The translations under genes were made by a program, and so were the position numbers. Below are positions 26,856 through 42,277 of a stretch of 64,000 nt of DNA, one piece after another. Each line of letters opens with the position of its first letter. Within the stretch, counting starts at the first letter, position 1. Below the pieces are notes generated by a model. The model did no database searches and had not been told where the DNA came from. It was given only the letters and a program-made list of their open reading frames with translations. The DNA comes from Callorhinchus milii (taxonomy: Eukaryota), in NCBI RefSeq assembly GCF_018977255.1, contig NW_024704743.1:59088001-59152000 (forward strand), in the 5' to 3' direction.

Positions 26856-29800
26856 TATTACATGGCAAGTCTGCAGGGGAGCTGCAGGGAGCCCCAAGGG
26901 GGAATTCAACTAATGTTTCCTTCCTCTCAACAATCTCTAATTCCATTTTTAATTGGTACTACATTGTGCTAACTCACAGAATCCTAGATTGTTTACAGCA
27001 AAGGAGGAATCAACCCTTCGTATCTGTGCTGGCGTTGCTCCCCTGCAAATGCTCTATTCCCATTCTCTCCTCTTTCCCCATTTGTAACAAAGGCTGCAAA
27101 GACTGCCCCCTCCACAAGGGGAAGGGCAATACACTCGGCCCTTGTGGAGGGGCAGCCTCTGCGCACTCCACTCTGGTGAAGGGACCAAGATATTCCCATC
27201 TCAAGATCAAGTTATAGGTGTAGGTACAGGTTAAAGGTTATAGGTATGGATCAACCATTGGTGAATCATTAACAAATCCCCAAATGGTTTGAATTTGTAC
27301 AATCAAACAACTTCTAGTTAGAAAACGTCTTTGTGTCCCTTGCGGCTGAAGTGAAATTTAATCTATAGACTGATAAAACTACAATAAAAAGAAACTAAGT
27401 TTGTTTTTCAAAGCTACTTTAATATTAACAGAACTTATTCACAAATTAAATAGCTTGATGAGGTTTCTCCTATTAAATCTGTGCAATAGGTATTAATTGA
27501 TACAGAACATATAGAATTTGAAAGTTTCATGGCAGACTTTTGAATAAAAATAAATCATACACTACCAAGATTACCATTAACTAACCATTAAAATAATAAC
27601 CATTCAAGATGTACATCTTTGATCATTTTTCCCTCCCTCACCCAGTCAATTCCCACCCCCAGCTCAGCTGCCCAGCCAGGAATATTTGCGATGTGAAAGA
27701 TGCTAAGATAAATGTACACTATTCCTTTTAGGATGACACTTACACTTTAACCGATTATGGAAGACAAGCAAAGCTACTGTCAGTAAACTTGGCACAACTG
27801 TCAAGATTGGAGGAAATACTGCAAAGTCATATGTTCAGCGAGTGCTATTGCATCATGCTGAAGAGAGAAGTGGGAATATGGAGCGCAGACAATTTATTTT
27901 TATATGTTGTAATGGTAACAATAATCCTTGTATTTGATACATCATGTACAATGCCAAAATATCTCAAAGAGCTTCACAGATTCATAAAACAGAAGAAAGC
28001 CACTGCACTAATTGGAACAGGACCCTTTGTAGATAAACAAACATTGTAGATATTTGGACATCAGGAAAAATGCAACTTGGTTACAGTGTGAACTAAAAAA
28101 ATGTTCAGTGATAGCCTCTCACAATCTCTGGCTCAATTTCTCTCACACACACACACACACAATTTCAAGCCCTTTCTTTCTGTTTAAATCTCTACAATTC
28201 TAATCCTCACTGCACATAAAATATATAAACGCTTACCTTCATGGATACTGGCAAATAATTTAATTGTGTATATGTATGTAGTTGTGCGGGAGGATTGCGC
28301 TGCACAGGTAAATTGCCTCCTTCGTAACCTTGCATGCATACATACAATTGGATTTTTTTTTGCAATATTGCAGTCTTACATTTACTTTTGCATTGGAGCC
28401 CAATGTGGATAAACAGAAACAAAGATAACTAGCATTCTACTGCAACAATCCCTGCTTTTGATATAGCAATTATAACATTGAAAAGTCTCAAAGGGTTTAA
28501 CAAAGCTCAAAGTTATTTTTAATGATTTGTTCACATTGAAATGGAAACATTTTTAGGGTTAGATGCAATCATCATGTTAATGATTCTTGTACTGACTCCA
28601 GTGCATGAATCTTTTGCCTGGGTACTTTCCTGTCTGAACTAATTTAAATAAACCAAGGAGAATAAAGTGGAGACAATAACAATGTTTGAATAATGTTCTT
28701 TACTCTTGTAAGTATAGAAGTATTTTACCAATATATACTGATATTTAGCTTACGATCCTCACACCCTGTCTTCTGTCCCACTATTGGTGTTTGATCATCC
28801 TTTGACAGCCTTTGACATCTCCAAGCAGTTTAGGTTTCTGCTGTTCTTTGACATTCCACCACTGTTTATCTCTTACCTTTCTCTGATTCCTTTGTCTTTG
28901 GACATTTCCTATGTAAACATTTTCTTTCACTCACTACGTGCTTGCAATCCCAGATTTTTTGCCTTCCCCTTGACTGTTCAATTGTGTTCTTGCATTGAGT
29001 TCATGGAATTTTACTGAGTGGTGTGATTATTCCAGTTTTGAAAGTGGTGTGAAACTGTTTAGTTTAACAAGGAATAGAGTACTTTCACATTGTAAGAGCC
29101 ATGTGTCTCACTGACATTCCATGACTTTCTCTGCAAAAGTAAGAGTGAGCGAGCATTAAACAACTTATATTTATATAACGCCTTTCACGTAGGGTAATAT
29201 CTAAAAGTGCTTCACAGAAACTCTGCCAGAAACCAGGAAGGAGTGGTGAGGAAGTAGTGACCTTGGTCAAATGGGTAAGATTTCAGGAGGAAAGAAGTTC
29301 CACAGTGTAGGGACGTTGTGGCTGAAGGCCTGGCTGTTGACGGTGGGGTGACTTGTGAGACCTTGACTCCGAAGCGATCTAGTCAGAGTTGAGATCTCTT
29401 GTGTCCGTGTAATGTATATGGAGTTCTCTGAGGAAAACAGTTTTACATAACAAGGCACTTTTTCGACAACAAGAAATCATTAAAGATGCCGCTTCCCTGA
29501 GGATCACTTTGTTTACTGTACTATTGTTGTACTTTTATGAACCAGTACATTTGGTAGATTTTAAAATCTGCTATAAAGATGGAAAAATGTGTAGGGGGAC
29601 AGAAATGCTAACAGCTGCAACTTCTTAGTTAATACAATTAGAGTACTGAAGATAGTGTGCTGGTGTAGCATTCCACTCAGCGATATGATATGGAGTTAGG
29701 TCTATAATTCCTCATGTGAATTTCAATCTTAATTGTACTGTCATTAGGAAAAAGTAAGCAGAGACATCTAAGTTACTTTTTTCCCTGATAGTGTTTGGTT

Positions 29801-32800
29801 AAATATAAAACCTGGATCACCATGGCCTTCTGCGAAACCTAACATCAACCAAACCCCGACTCACCCCGAACATCATCAAACGGATAGAGATACACTAGTA
29901 AAGATCCAAGTCCATAGTTCAAGCAAACATAAAAGGAGCAGAAGATTCAATTTTGAATTTATTGACTTGTTGTAAATGCAGTAGACTTTATTATCAAATA
30001 AATCTGAAAATGAGACCAGTAAATGCCATTAGAGTAGTGATGCAGGGATATATAGGTCATCACTTTAGACCACCACAGGAGCCTATCAGCTACTAATTGA
30101 GAAGTTTATGCTTACACTGAACACTCCTTACAGCACTTGCAACATATACATTTCACAAATAAAAGGATGAACTTTTAAGGCCTTGAGCTTCAGATTGATC
30201 AATCCAAATGTTTTCAGGATTCTTAATGGTAGAATTTGGGTGGCAGAAAAGCAAAAGCAGCATTGGAAATCGGAAGCCTGAAACTCTGGTTTGTATTTAA
30301 TTCACTGTAATATCACTCAAAAGCACATTTTAAAAACTGCCCAAATTAAGAATATCCAGTCTTGTCTACTTATGTGTAAATTTTGTATATCCGTTTAGTT
30401 CCTATCCAACTGAAACCATTTACAATATATTGTCTGAAGAAAATTAACTTCATATATTATGGAGTAGTATTGTAGCAAACAAGGTGGGTCTTATTTATAA
30501 TCAAAGTTTCTCCTTAATAAACAAAACCTTCATTTAACCAAAACTTGGAAGGTGTCTTGTTGGTATAAAGCCTCTAGATTCCTGACAGCAATAAATTAGA
30601 CGTTGGGTTGCAGTGTCATATAGGAGAATTGGGTTAAAGAACTATAAATGGCATGAATTACAGCTAGTGATAGCAGGTCAAAACAAGCAGTGACCACTAA
30701 TCAAAATCATAGCACAAGAAGAGGATGCTGGCACCAGGGCTAATGGATTTCTGATTTAGTACTCTAGAAACCTTGGCTTTGTATTTAATCTAAAACTTAA
30801 GTTAAGAATGTAGCTCACAAGCTCCAAGTAATAAAATGTCAGAATTGGCATCCTAGCCAGGGAGTCTTAACATTCTGCCATCACACTGCATTTTACCTCA
30901 CCAGCATTTTACAATGTGTTAGAAAAAAAAGTTCAAGGAAATAGTTAACCAAATAAGAAAGTACCACTCCTTAAAAGGCAACAGTCAGCAAGGTTAATAA
31001 AACATTGGATATATAATTAAATTCAAAGAATAAAAGTCCAAAGAAGCGCTACTGTTATTTTATAAAAACAATTTATGTTATGTGATCTCTAAACTTAAAC
31101 TTTAGAGTCAATAAATATAAGCATTTTGAAGGATAATACCAATGGTTCTCCCCTCTCTGTTTCTAACAGTGACTGAAATATAGTTCCATAGGCATCTAAT
31201 GCCCTCTTGTAACTCATTCAATTGGTCATTTTTCACATGCAAGCTAGACAGTCAACATTGGCAGCTATTTAACTTCATCATTGTAGAGTCTAATCCTGTC
31301 CTCTATCAGACATCCAAGTATGGGCACTTTCTAGTACAAATGACTGGATAGCAATCAGAAGCACGAATCTTGGCTGCCTCTCATCCCCACAGACATTAGA
31401 AACCAGTTGTGGCAATCCCACGGAGACTTCCTGAGTTTGTACTGCTTAGTTCTATTTTGGGACATGACTAGGCCCAAGAAAGAGCTCCATAACAGATTTT
31501 AAGATGACAGAGTTATGAAGAGACGCTAAGGAGGCAGTGATGCATCCTGTGCAACCCAAGACTGAAGAGCCAGAGGACATATAATACACATTTATATAGC
31601 ACATTTCACATTGGGAGGACATTCCAAAGTACAATCACAGTGCCGAACATAATTATGAATGACGATATACCATCAGAAATATATTTTTTCCTGCTTTATT
31701 GTTGACTTATAGAACAGACTACATATTTGGATTTGCAGAAGACACTGAAAGTATAGAAAATACAGGTTGAAGTATAGAAAGCAGAGAGTAGGGCTAAAAT
31801 TAAGTTTTTTTCTGAGTGGCAGAAGGTAATTTGTGATGTGCTGCTATGGTCTCCTATTTTTTTCAAAAACATTAATTTAATTAAAGCTCACCCATATATC
31901 TTCAGCTATTATAAGGCTACGACGTGTATTTCTTTCCACTCCCTTGCCCCCCTATCAGATCATTCACTCCTATAACGAGCGCTTATATAAAAATTTAGAC
32001 TGGGAAAACAAACCTTCAACACTACAATTTCTAAACCCTGGAGAGAAAAAAAAATCTTGCAAGATAAAAAGTGATTTTTATTGAAGATAAAGAAATAAAT
32101 TGTGACAGCCTTGAATTGGACTTAGTCTGTGCCATATAACAGGTTTTCAGTGGTTTGCCGAAAAATGTATCACATAAATAATAGGAAAAGGCAAAGCATT
32201 TCAAACACAACCAAAGTTATATGGGAACAATAGAATACAGCAGTGTTTAAAGTCACAGATTAACTGGAAGTATAAAGTCTGCTTATTGAAGCATCACTAT
32301 GTTTATTGAAGTGGGAGAACTATTTTAGATGTGGAGACCAGTATTTCCACAACTTCAGACATATTTGATTTGAATGTTTATAAAGAATAAACATTAACGG
32401 TAACCAGAACCGAACTGATAGAGGTATGGATGACTTATCATGAGCATTCATCATGAAAAAAACACAGGAGACATGGTTATTTATTAATTCTGTTCAGTCT
32501 CTCAGGAGTACACCCCTGAACCATGACATTATAAACCTAGCTTTCTGAAAATGAAAAATCAAAATTGCAAGAAGTAAACTGACCTTTCGTGTTAATAATC
32601 AGCAATTGTAATTCAGCAGGAAAAAATAAGTAATGTGTGGTTTTGAAGTACAATAGGTTTTAAATCGTGGTCTGTGAGTTTTCTGCATTTTCATCTTGAA
32701 CTATACCTCTCAGAATAATAATTATTTTTATAAGATCAACTGAAACATTAGGAATGCACAGCACGGGTACTCTCATGGACAATACAATATGGATTTCCTC

Positions 32801-33634
32801 TTAACAAAGAAAATGTTCAATTGCCTTATCTGCATTGATAGGAATGAGCTCACACTTACCTCTGCTCGTGCTTTGAAACAGGCCACTTTTTAAAAAATGG
32901 TTAAAGCTACTGTAATAATATAAAATGTATTACATATCTTCAGATGTGCATTAATTTCAGCCAGTAAATGTAGTGTCTATATTCAACAACCAAAAGATCT
33001 GTCAATATTTACTATTAATAACAAACTCTAGTCATAATCTCAGTGACATGCTCAACAGTATGAACAAAAGAAAGATACAGAAGGAGTAGTCAATTTAAAA
33101 AAAAGTTTATTGCAAAGGTCTGAAGTCCAGGAAGTTGGGAGAGGAGAAAGATATGAAGAAAAACAAGGTCTTCTGAGAGCCGAATTGGCTGCCAGGAAAT
33201 ACCTCTGGAAAAGCCAAGGCAGGTCTACCATAATCCAAAGTGGCAACAGGTAGGTCAGAAATAACTGGTCAAATTATGTAGTTACCACTTATTAACATCT
33301 CCACTTAATTTCACAGGCTTATCTACGCAAAATATGTTATAGCCCCTTAGCTCCATCTCATGGCCATCTTTCACTTTCAGGTTTCTGGGATGCCCAGAAT
33401 GTCACACGTCCACTGACTGTATAACCAATTTAAAAGTTTATTTATAACAGACCTTGCATTGATCAACACATTCTACAAACATGATGAAGATTACTGGACT
33501 TTAAAATACCAAACAAAAACAAAGACCCAAATTTTAGCCTTTTTGTGCGATTATAAAAAAAAGGTTTACTAGCCTTAGCAGAATGATTCTTGGTTGAACA
33601 AAATAAAAATTCAACACTATACAATGTGTCCCAC

Positions 33635-33808
33635 AATCCTCCAAATAAAAAAAATTGGTCATTCACTTCATGGCTGTTTGTGGGACATTCCTGTGAGCAA
33701 ATTGTGCTCACTCATGACACAGTCACTTCACTTTGTAGTATTTCCTGTGAAGTGCTTCGAGACGTTGAAAGGCGCTATATCAAATATAAGATTATTAAGG
33801 ATTATTAT
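33635..33808 (+). mobile_element. SINE 3' half
   Basis: Body and tail match the family. Confidence 0.75.
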
Positions 33809-34134
33809 CTCAACCACTGATAATACTGGTTCCTCTAATATTACTGGTTGATCAATGATATTTCTAAAACAACAGCAACAAATTACAGGTATCCCAAGAT
33901 GCTTAAACTGTGCCGGTTGACATATCTTCAACATAAAAAAACTATTTGCAGCATTTCCTTTCAAAAGAGGATGGCAAAAAAGTTGCATATGCAAGACTAT
34001 TTTTGAAATGTTTTTAATATTTATTGTTAAACCTTTCTTTTTAAAAAAAAGAATATTTTTCCTGTGATCATTCCTGTTTCTTCCAGTCTATTGTCACTAC
34101 AGGATGTGTACACAACGACATCAACATATAATAT

Positions 34135-34546
34135 AATAATATAATAACAGTCCTTGCATTTGATATAGTGTCTTATCACTTCAAGATGTCCCAAAGCGCT
34201 TCACAGAATATACTGTAATAATAATCCTTGCATTCGATACAGCACCTTATCATGTTGTTGAGAGGTCTCAAAGCACTTCACAAGATATACTGTAATGTAA
34301 ATTGAGTATTTATGTGTTCCACAAACAGTAGTGGATTGAGTGACCAAATAATTTTTTTTTGTAAAGGGATTATTACCCCAGGAAAAGCAATCTACCAATC
34401 GACTAATGACCATGTTCCTACTTACTGCTAGGTAAACAGAGGTGTGTGGAGTAAGGAAACTTGCCACAGGTTTCACCCTGTCAGGAATCAAACCCAGGTC
34501 TTTTGCTAACGAGGTAAGCGCTCTAACCAATACACTACACAACTCC
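34135..34546 (-). mobile_element. Tandem SINE: tail fragment plus near full-length copy
   Basis: Two TCCTTGCATT tails near 34151 and 34226; degenerate head ending at 34546. Confidence 0.85.
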
Positions 34547-36659
34547 ATTTCAATGTAATTTGTTTTCCTGAGCATCTTTGATTTTCAGAGAAAAAAAAAT
34601 GTAACGGAAGTAAATTTGCAATACGTTAAATTCCTGATCGCTCGACCCTGGTTTAACTTGTCACTACCACTTGTCATCAAGCCATGTCAATATCTCGCCA
34701 CATTTATTTATGTATTTATACATTTGCCTAACTCACCACTCCAGATAACTCATCACTGAGCCATTTCCCTTGCAGTGTTTAGTTATCAGGAATTTACTGC
34801 ATTTGATAATAGATTCAATCACATTGAATCAGTTATTGACTGAATGTTAGCTGACAATTATTAATCTGAAAACTCCCGCAGTTCCTGCACAATGATTTTC
34901 CAGCAACCCTGATCACAGAGTACGATTTGATCATTTAAAAATAGAATACAAGCTGAATTCAACCCAGTATCTAACAACAACAAAATTAAATTTGCATAGC
35001 GTCTTTCAGGTCGGAAGGAACGTGCCAAAGCGCTGAAAGTTAAGGGTTTGCACCCGACCTGCGGGATGAAATCAAGATGGGTGGAGGGAGGAGGGGTGTA
35101 TTTAATACTTAATTTTATCTTGTAAAAGCAACATTCAGAGCTAATTAAATGTATATTTATATACATTACAGTGCTCTGAGAAACTGATTCGCATGAAGGG
35201 CGCTACATAAATGCAACTTTTTGTTGCTCGCTGTTGGCAGCTGAAATTTTTCCTATGAGGTAAGCCATTATGTCAAAGCTGCAGGAGGTTTTAGATTCAA
35301 AGCCAATCAATAATAGTGACTTAAACTAATCTGTTTCATAATACATTTAAATGAAATCTGTTATGAAAATTTCTCGTCATTTTTGACAAGCAGAGGAAAC
35401 GAAGAATGTCCTCAGTTGAAAGTCAACATTTTATAATTATAATAATCCTTGCATTTGCTTCATTACATTGTCGAGTCTTTCCATATGACTTCACAGGATT
35501 TAGGAGATCTTGATAGTGGGGTAAATCAAAGCAGGATGCCTGACTTACATTTCCCACAATCAATTGCTTTTTGTAATAATTGAGGAAAGCTCCCTACATG
35601 CGCTTATTTTGCATAAAAATACACTTTTAACCAGGTAAGAATTTCACTATTTCATTGAAGAGCTGTTCATTTGATTGACTGCTTAATAATATTAAGAACC
35701 TACAATTTTAAAACATAGGCCAAGAAAATAAGCAATTCATGTCAATGGGTATTTGTCTTAATGCAAATAAATCATCATCAAGGAATTGCAGCTTCACTGG
35801 AAAATTTGATGGCGAAATCAACTTTTATTACAGATGAAAATCATTGTAGAGTGTCAAAATGAAGCTCATTTCCTGTAATATTAACATTTTGAAGAAGCTC
35901 ATTCATCTCCCACTCATTGCAGCAACTGACCAATGGTAGATATCACATTTCTCAATGCTCACCAGTGACTGAAACCAATTAGAAGCTTGATGTAACTTTG
36001 TAGAACCGCTTTAGGCAGCATTACCATGAAGTGACGAATAGAAAGAAAGGTTTGTACATCATAATAATAATTGATATCCATAAAAAAGTAGTATTTCAGT
36101 ATGTCATCAGACTCAATATTAATACATTCAAAAGTTATCCCCATGACAGGACACCTTCTTAATTACACTGGTGCCCTGTAGTCATTTTTCAAACCAATTG
36201 GATTTATTCCTATACATCAAATCAAAACCTGAAAGAAAATACTGACTGCTTATTTCTGTTCATGTCACAGCATTGTAACAGCTCAAAAAACTTGCAATAT
36301 ATGAAAGCTTCTGAATTGGAATCTTTGACGTGGATTTCCTCACATCAATTCTAGCTATGGGAGATCGCAAGTTCTTTGTTTAAATGAAAAACTGGATATC
36401 ATAAAATGTAGAATGCACAGAACTATTAGTGCAATTCAGTAGTGATTATACAATGAACACTCAATATATTCTTTACTGCTCATCTGAAAGGTCCTGTTCA
36501 CCCCTCCTCCAGGAGAGGACAGGACAGAGCCAACATGATTTCCACAAATTTTCAAAATGTTCTTGCATCATTCTGAAGTCAAGTCCATTTGATATAACTT
36601 TAGTCTCTTCTCAGCACAGAAAGCAATTCAGATAATTGTGCCAATATCAGCTTTATATA

Positions 36660-36800
36660 AGAGCTACCAATTTGGTCTCACTTCCCTGTCTTTTCCCTAT
36701 ACCCTTTATATTTTTCCTTTCCAAATGTTTCTCTAATTCCCTTTTAAAACCTAAAATGGATGCTGCTTCAACCACCGTGCATCGTAACACATTCTTAATA
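36660..36800 (-). mobile_element. CR1-like LINE 3' fragment
   Basis: VVEAASILGFKRELEKHL motif in ORF 36653..36859. Confidence 0.65.
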
Positions 36801-37256
36801 CAGTGGAGCCTCAGTATAATGTGGTGGTTGGGATCCACAAAATCTTTAGCAAGATACAATGGCTGGTTTATCAGACTTGTTTTGGTTCACTCAATTTCAA
36901 TATTTGATTCACTAATATGAACCTTGTGATTCACCGCCTCATACATTTTGAATTGTATCTGAAGGATTTGTGGTCCGGAGACTGGGAGAAACACCCTTCT
37001 CTTTTTAAATAATGCCATGATCTTTAACACCCACCTGAGGGCAGACAGGTGGGACTTCAATATGGTGTCACCACAACATGTTTACTTTTTAAACTCTTGA
37101 CCTTCTGACAAGTGACATAAAACTAAATTCTAAAAACTAAAATTGCCATACCACGCAAATTAAATTCCATAGATAAATGCAAGTTATTGTAAGAAATATG
37201 GCTGAGGAAGATGTAACGAGTGTATAGGTTTGTAAGTGTTGTGCAGTTGAAGAATT

Positions 37257-37402
37257 AATAATAATAGTGGTTGCATCTGATATAGTGCTTTATCATGGCA
37301 TTGAGATGTCTCAAAGCACTTCACAGAATATACTGTGAAGTATAGTGATGGTGTATTTTGTGGGTAACAACCAATTGCAGCAGCGTTCCACAAACAGTCG
37401 TC
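37257..37402 (-). mobile_element. SINE 3' fragment
   Basis: Tail match. Confidence 0.75.
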
Positions 37403-38189
37403 ATTTAACAAAGCATTATTGGCTGCAGATTACCTGCAACAGTACTAGCACATTTTCAGATGAAATAAACTGGTGGATGACGTAGAAGAAATTCATAATA
37501 CAGTAAACCACATTATAAAATGCTTCATTGGAACACAGGTTTAGTTATTGAACAGTCAGGTTGGACTCCAATATTAACTTACCCCAAATAAGTGCTTTGA
37601 GACATCCTCCGATCCTGAAAGGCGTTATATAAAATGTATATTGTATTGCATTATTGTATATCCCAAACTCAGGAGCTCGCACCATCATATATACCCAGAA
37701 CATCAAAACACCAGCCAGTGTGGAAGAATCCAAAATGGTTTACTTCTGTGTCTCAAGGTCGCCGTGGATATGACTTGTGCATGTGCAGCTACTGTGTTAT
37801 ACCAGAGCTCAACTGTGTTCAGAGACATATGGACTAATTAAGCACATTGTCTGAGTAACTCCAGATGTACTTAAATGAGTTTAAGAAAAGGGGAGAATAG
37901 ATTGAAAAACCAATAGCTCATAATGGGATTCATTAATACAAGAACAACTTGCATTCATATAGTGCGCTTCACACGGGGCAGCATCTCGGAGCGCTTAACA
38001 GCAAATCAAGAGTTACTAACGGGGCATCCCACAGTAATCACAGGACAATATGCCACATTTGAGAGAAGCCTGCAACCTACCATTACCACATCAGAGCAAA
38101 TTTCACAGAATGACTGTGACATATTGAGTTACTGGTAGGATTTGCCATTAGCAACTTTGAGCTGCTATTACTGAATTAATTGCAAACTG

Positions 38190-38575
38190 CCTGGCTTAGT
38201 TAGTAGTACTCTCACCTCTGGGTCAGAGGTTGTAGGTTCAAGCCCCACATTGGGTCAGAAGGTTGTCAGTTCAAGTCCCACATTGAGTTCACAATCTAGG
38301 CTGACATTCCAGTACAGTTACTGCATTGTCAAGAGCTGCCATCCATCGGATCAGATGTTAACACGAAGGTCTTTCCATCTGTTCAGATGGATATTAAAGA
38401 CCTCAAAAAGTGAAGGGTGTTTTTTCAGTGTCATAGTCAGGGATCCTCCAGATAAATTGGTTATTCATTTCAAATATGCTTGTTGAACTCTGCTGCGTGC
38501 AAATTGGATGCTGTATTTACCTAGAAATACTCACTACACTTAACAGTTACTACCTGTGAAGCACTTTGTGGCATT
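38190..38575 (+). mobile_element. Old Deu-domain SINE (SacSINE1/AmnSINE-like)
   Basis: AATCTAGGCTGACATTCCAGTACAG...TGCATTGTC...AGATGTTAA and later GCAAATTGGATGC resemble the Deu core as recalled; tRNA-like head with a duplicated B-box segment. Confidence 0.7.
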
Positions 38576-41329
38576 TCAATGTTAGTTTGTTCAGATAATT
38601 TGGCTCAGGAACAGGTAAAAAAAAATCTTTTTTTTACATGTTCCATCCTGGGAAACTAAAACTAGCTGTTTCAGTGGTTCTAATCATCAAGTAAGTTCAA
38701 CAGATGCTTTCATCTCTCTAATTGATGCACACATCAACATTTCACATGGAAATAATTTGTACTTATTTTCCCTTCTTTTCTTAAGCGCTGAATGTTTATA
38801 TTATAGTTGCAATCAGAGCAACGTTAATTACAAAGAATGAGTTCGGCAATGCATAAATTAAACCAATTATTCCCTGCATACAAATCGCACGTGGTTGGGA
38901 CTGCTGTATATCGTGAACATGAGAACAGAAAATTGCAAAGGAACGTAAAACAGTTAAGCACATGGGCAGATCCAAGTGTGAGGTAATACTCTTTGGATAT
39001 TAGATTGGTGGATAGGAAGACATTCTAAATGGGCAAGTACTTTGGGGAGGGATAGAGGATTTTAATTAATTCCTCATGCCAACCAGTTTCCATATCAATC
39101 CCACATCCTCTCCAGGCTGGGATGTCCTGCTCAAGCTGTTTGTCTGCAGATCAGTTTGGAACTGGCAAAAAAAAATGCCTAAAGGCAAGAAAAACTGAAT
39201 AATGAGGGATAGGCAGAGTCACCCAGAAAGGAAGTGGGGGTTGGGGGGGGGGGGTTAAGGGATTTGGAACATTAAGGCAGACATAGTAGCATGAGAAAGA
39301 GTGACTCCAGTAATAGAGGCAGAATAAGACTGTATGAGCGACTAAAGGCGGAAGCAGGCAAAGCGGCAGAAATAGGTAAAAGTAGGGTAGAGGAACCAAT
39401 ATTGCTGGTTTATGAGTAGTACAATACAACTTCTATTTATACAATGTCAAGAGGCCGTCACACAATGGTTTACACAGTAACTATTGAGACTATTGGCTAA
39501 AAAGCTCACTCGACAAAGCTGGGGTGATAGGGCAAGGAACCTGAAGCAGGCAAAGTGATCGCTGAGCAGAGAGGTGGAAGAGTCAAGCCTGGACACGGTG
39601 CAAGTGTGAATGCAGACCCCAGCAGCCCAGTGGAAGAGGTCAACAGCTAGAAAATTCCTGAACTGATGGAATAAAATAGATGCATATGCAATAGCAATTG
39701 GGAATGTCACTCTTCATTTGAGAGTCCATGCATAAATACAGTTTTGAATGTGTATATTACACAAATAAATATATAATAAACCTTGCATTTGGTATAGCAT
39801 CTTTTTACATCATCAAGTCATCTCAAAGAACTTTGGAGGATTTTACCATGAAGTTTAGTGACTGCATTTGTAGGCAAATCTAAGACCCCACGGATTCTTT
39901 GTACATCCATAAAAGAAACAAAAGGTGTTAACTAATCTGACAACAAATGTGGCACAATGCGTATGTCAAGGATGTGCAGCAGAAATAGAAGCCAAATGGC
40001 TCTTGCACAGAGTAAAATGTCATCAATGAAATTAGTTTCTAAAATGTGTTTCATTGAAGTTATACCAAGTGCTTCACAGTATACTAAGTATGCTTGAATT
40101 GGTCATTCATTATAAAATAAAATCTAATCATCATTTGTATTTAAAATTCACTAATGGAGTTCATAAATTTGATTGCGGTATTAAAAAAGGGTGTTTTATA
40201 AATGTATCTATAATGTGCAAATAAATGTTTACTCTTCAAAATGAGCTATATACATTTCTTGTTTCATTTGACTGTCATTGTTTTATGTGCAACATAAACT
40301 GGCAACTCAGCTACTGAAGCAGCAAACTCTGACGAGTGTACATTGAAATTCATCTTGATGCTGCACCCAGTGAATCTCCCTGTTATAAGGTGCTTTACAT
40401 AATGCTTTATATTTTTATGGCTTTGTACTAGCTTAGAGCCTTTATTTATTACCATGACCAACTATAACTGCCACAGCCTCCTTTAACTGACGTGGTACAA
40501 TACATAATATGTGTGTGAGCCTGTAAAAGTAATTAAGTCTTGTATTTTGAATTTATAAAATATGTATTTTTAAAAAATAACAGCTGCTAGAGAATTAGAA
40601 TACAAATTAGTTAATGTAATTAATTCTGCATGTGAAGCATTAAACATTTTTTTTGCATCCTGTTTAATCCTTTGCAAATACTGGTATTTTGCTGTCTATT
40701 GAAATGATCAAGGATCTACTGAAAATTAAATTCTTTCCATAGTTGAAAAAGCAAAAAGAAACAGCTTGCATTTTATAGTACCTTATGTAGAAAAACTTCA
40801 TAGGTAATTATTATGCAATGCAGTGAGTATCAGTGGGTAAACACGGCAGTCATTTGCACATAGGCAACACACTGGGAAAAATATTTTTCAAAACCTAGAA
40901 TGAAGAAAAGTAATTTGCTCACTGAACCAGTTCTTCTCTGTGCACTTGCATGACTACTTCATTATTGGCTCTCTACCTCCTCCTGTTGAAACTCTAACAA
41001 GCTGGACACTATCTCCACTCAGCGAACATTGGCCTGCGTCATGTCCATTGCCTGATCCTTCCCAATGATAATGGCAAGCTTTCAGCCTTTCTGCCCCCAA
41101 TCTCTGGGACCATTCAGAGTCCCTCCGCACCTCACTCATCCGTCCGCATTTTTAAAACCAGTCTTGATTTATCTCTTCAATTGCACTTTTGGTCATCTTT
41201 ACACACATGCGTGCACGCACTCTCTGGAGCAAGCTGTGTAAAGCACTTAGTGACAACATCCTCGTGTGAAAGGTGTTATCCGACATGTGGAAACCTACTA
41301 TCATGTTTAAGACAGAGTTAATAATATTA

Positions 41330-41695
41330 GTAATACTAATCCTTGCATTTGATATAGCGCCTTATCACATCACGTCTCAAAGCACTTCACAGAATATACT
41401 TTAAAGTGAACTGACTGTATATTTTGTGGGCGAAAAGCTGCAGCCAATTGCACACAGCACTGTCCCACATACATGGATTGAGTGACCAAATTATTATTAT
41501 TTTTTTGAAGGGATTATTATCACTAGAAAATCAAACCACAAATTGACTAACCACCGGGTTCCTACTTACTGCTTGGTGAAGTAAGTAAGGGTGTGGAGTA
41601 AGGAACTTATCCAGCATTCCGTCCTGCCCGGGAATTAAACCCACGTCCACTTCCTTGCGAGGCAAGGGCTCTAACCACTAAAGCTACAAAGTTCC
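41330..41695 (-). mobile_element. Full-length tRNA-derived SINE
   Basis: Reverse complement colinear with 23154-23526. Confidence 0.88.
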
Positions 41696-41964
41696 ATATA
41701 TATATTACAATGGAAATTTCCCTGTGTCAGGAATGGAATTTGCACTCATCCTGCTTATCTAATTCTATGGAGAATTTGGTTCAAATTCGTGAGAGACCCC
41801 AGAAATTCTAGGGGACTCCAGAATGTGAGTTGGAGTACACTTGGAGTTTACCCTAATACTGCAAGCTTGTTATTTAGAGCTTGTCACTGTCTGACACGGT
41901 TCCCACTGCTTGTCCAGCTAGGACCACAATAGTTATTAGAGTTTTGGATTGCAGGGTTAACAAG

Positions 41965-42277
41965 AATCAAGTGGAAGAATTCCTGCCCTGTTCTGCCCTC
42001 TCCAAGTCCTGCTCCAAGACCATTGGCAGTCAGGCATTCAGCATCTCTGCCCCCACACTTTGGAACTCTATCCCACAATCCCTCGCCTCATCCCCTCTCT
42101 TGCCTCCTTTAATTCCCGTCTGAAGACTTTCTCTTTGACCGTGCCTTCGGCCACCCTCCAACTCCCACTCCTCCTGCGCCCACCCCGCCTGATCCCAACT
42201 CCCAGCTCGGGTCCAAATACCCCTGACTTTCCAACATGAAGAGCGCTATACAAGTGTAATCTGTTGTTGTTGTTGCT
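41965..42277 (+). mobile_element. L2 LINE 3' fragment
   Basis: TIGSQAFSISAPTLWNSIP; (TTG)n tail. Confidence 0.8.
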
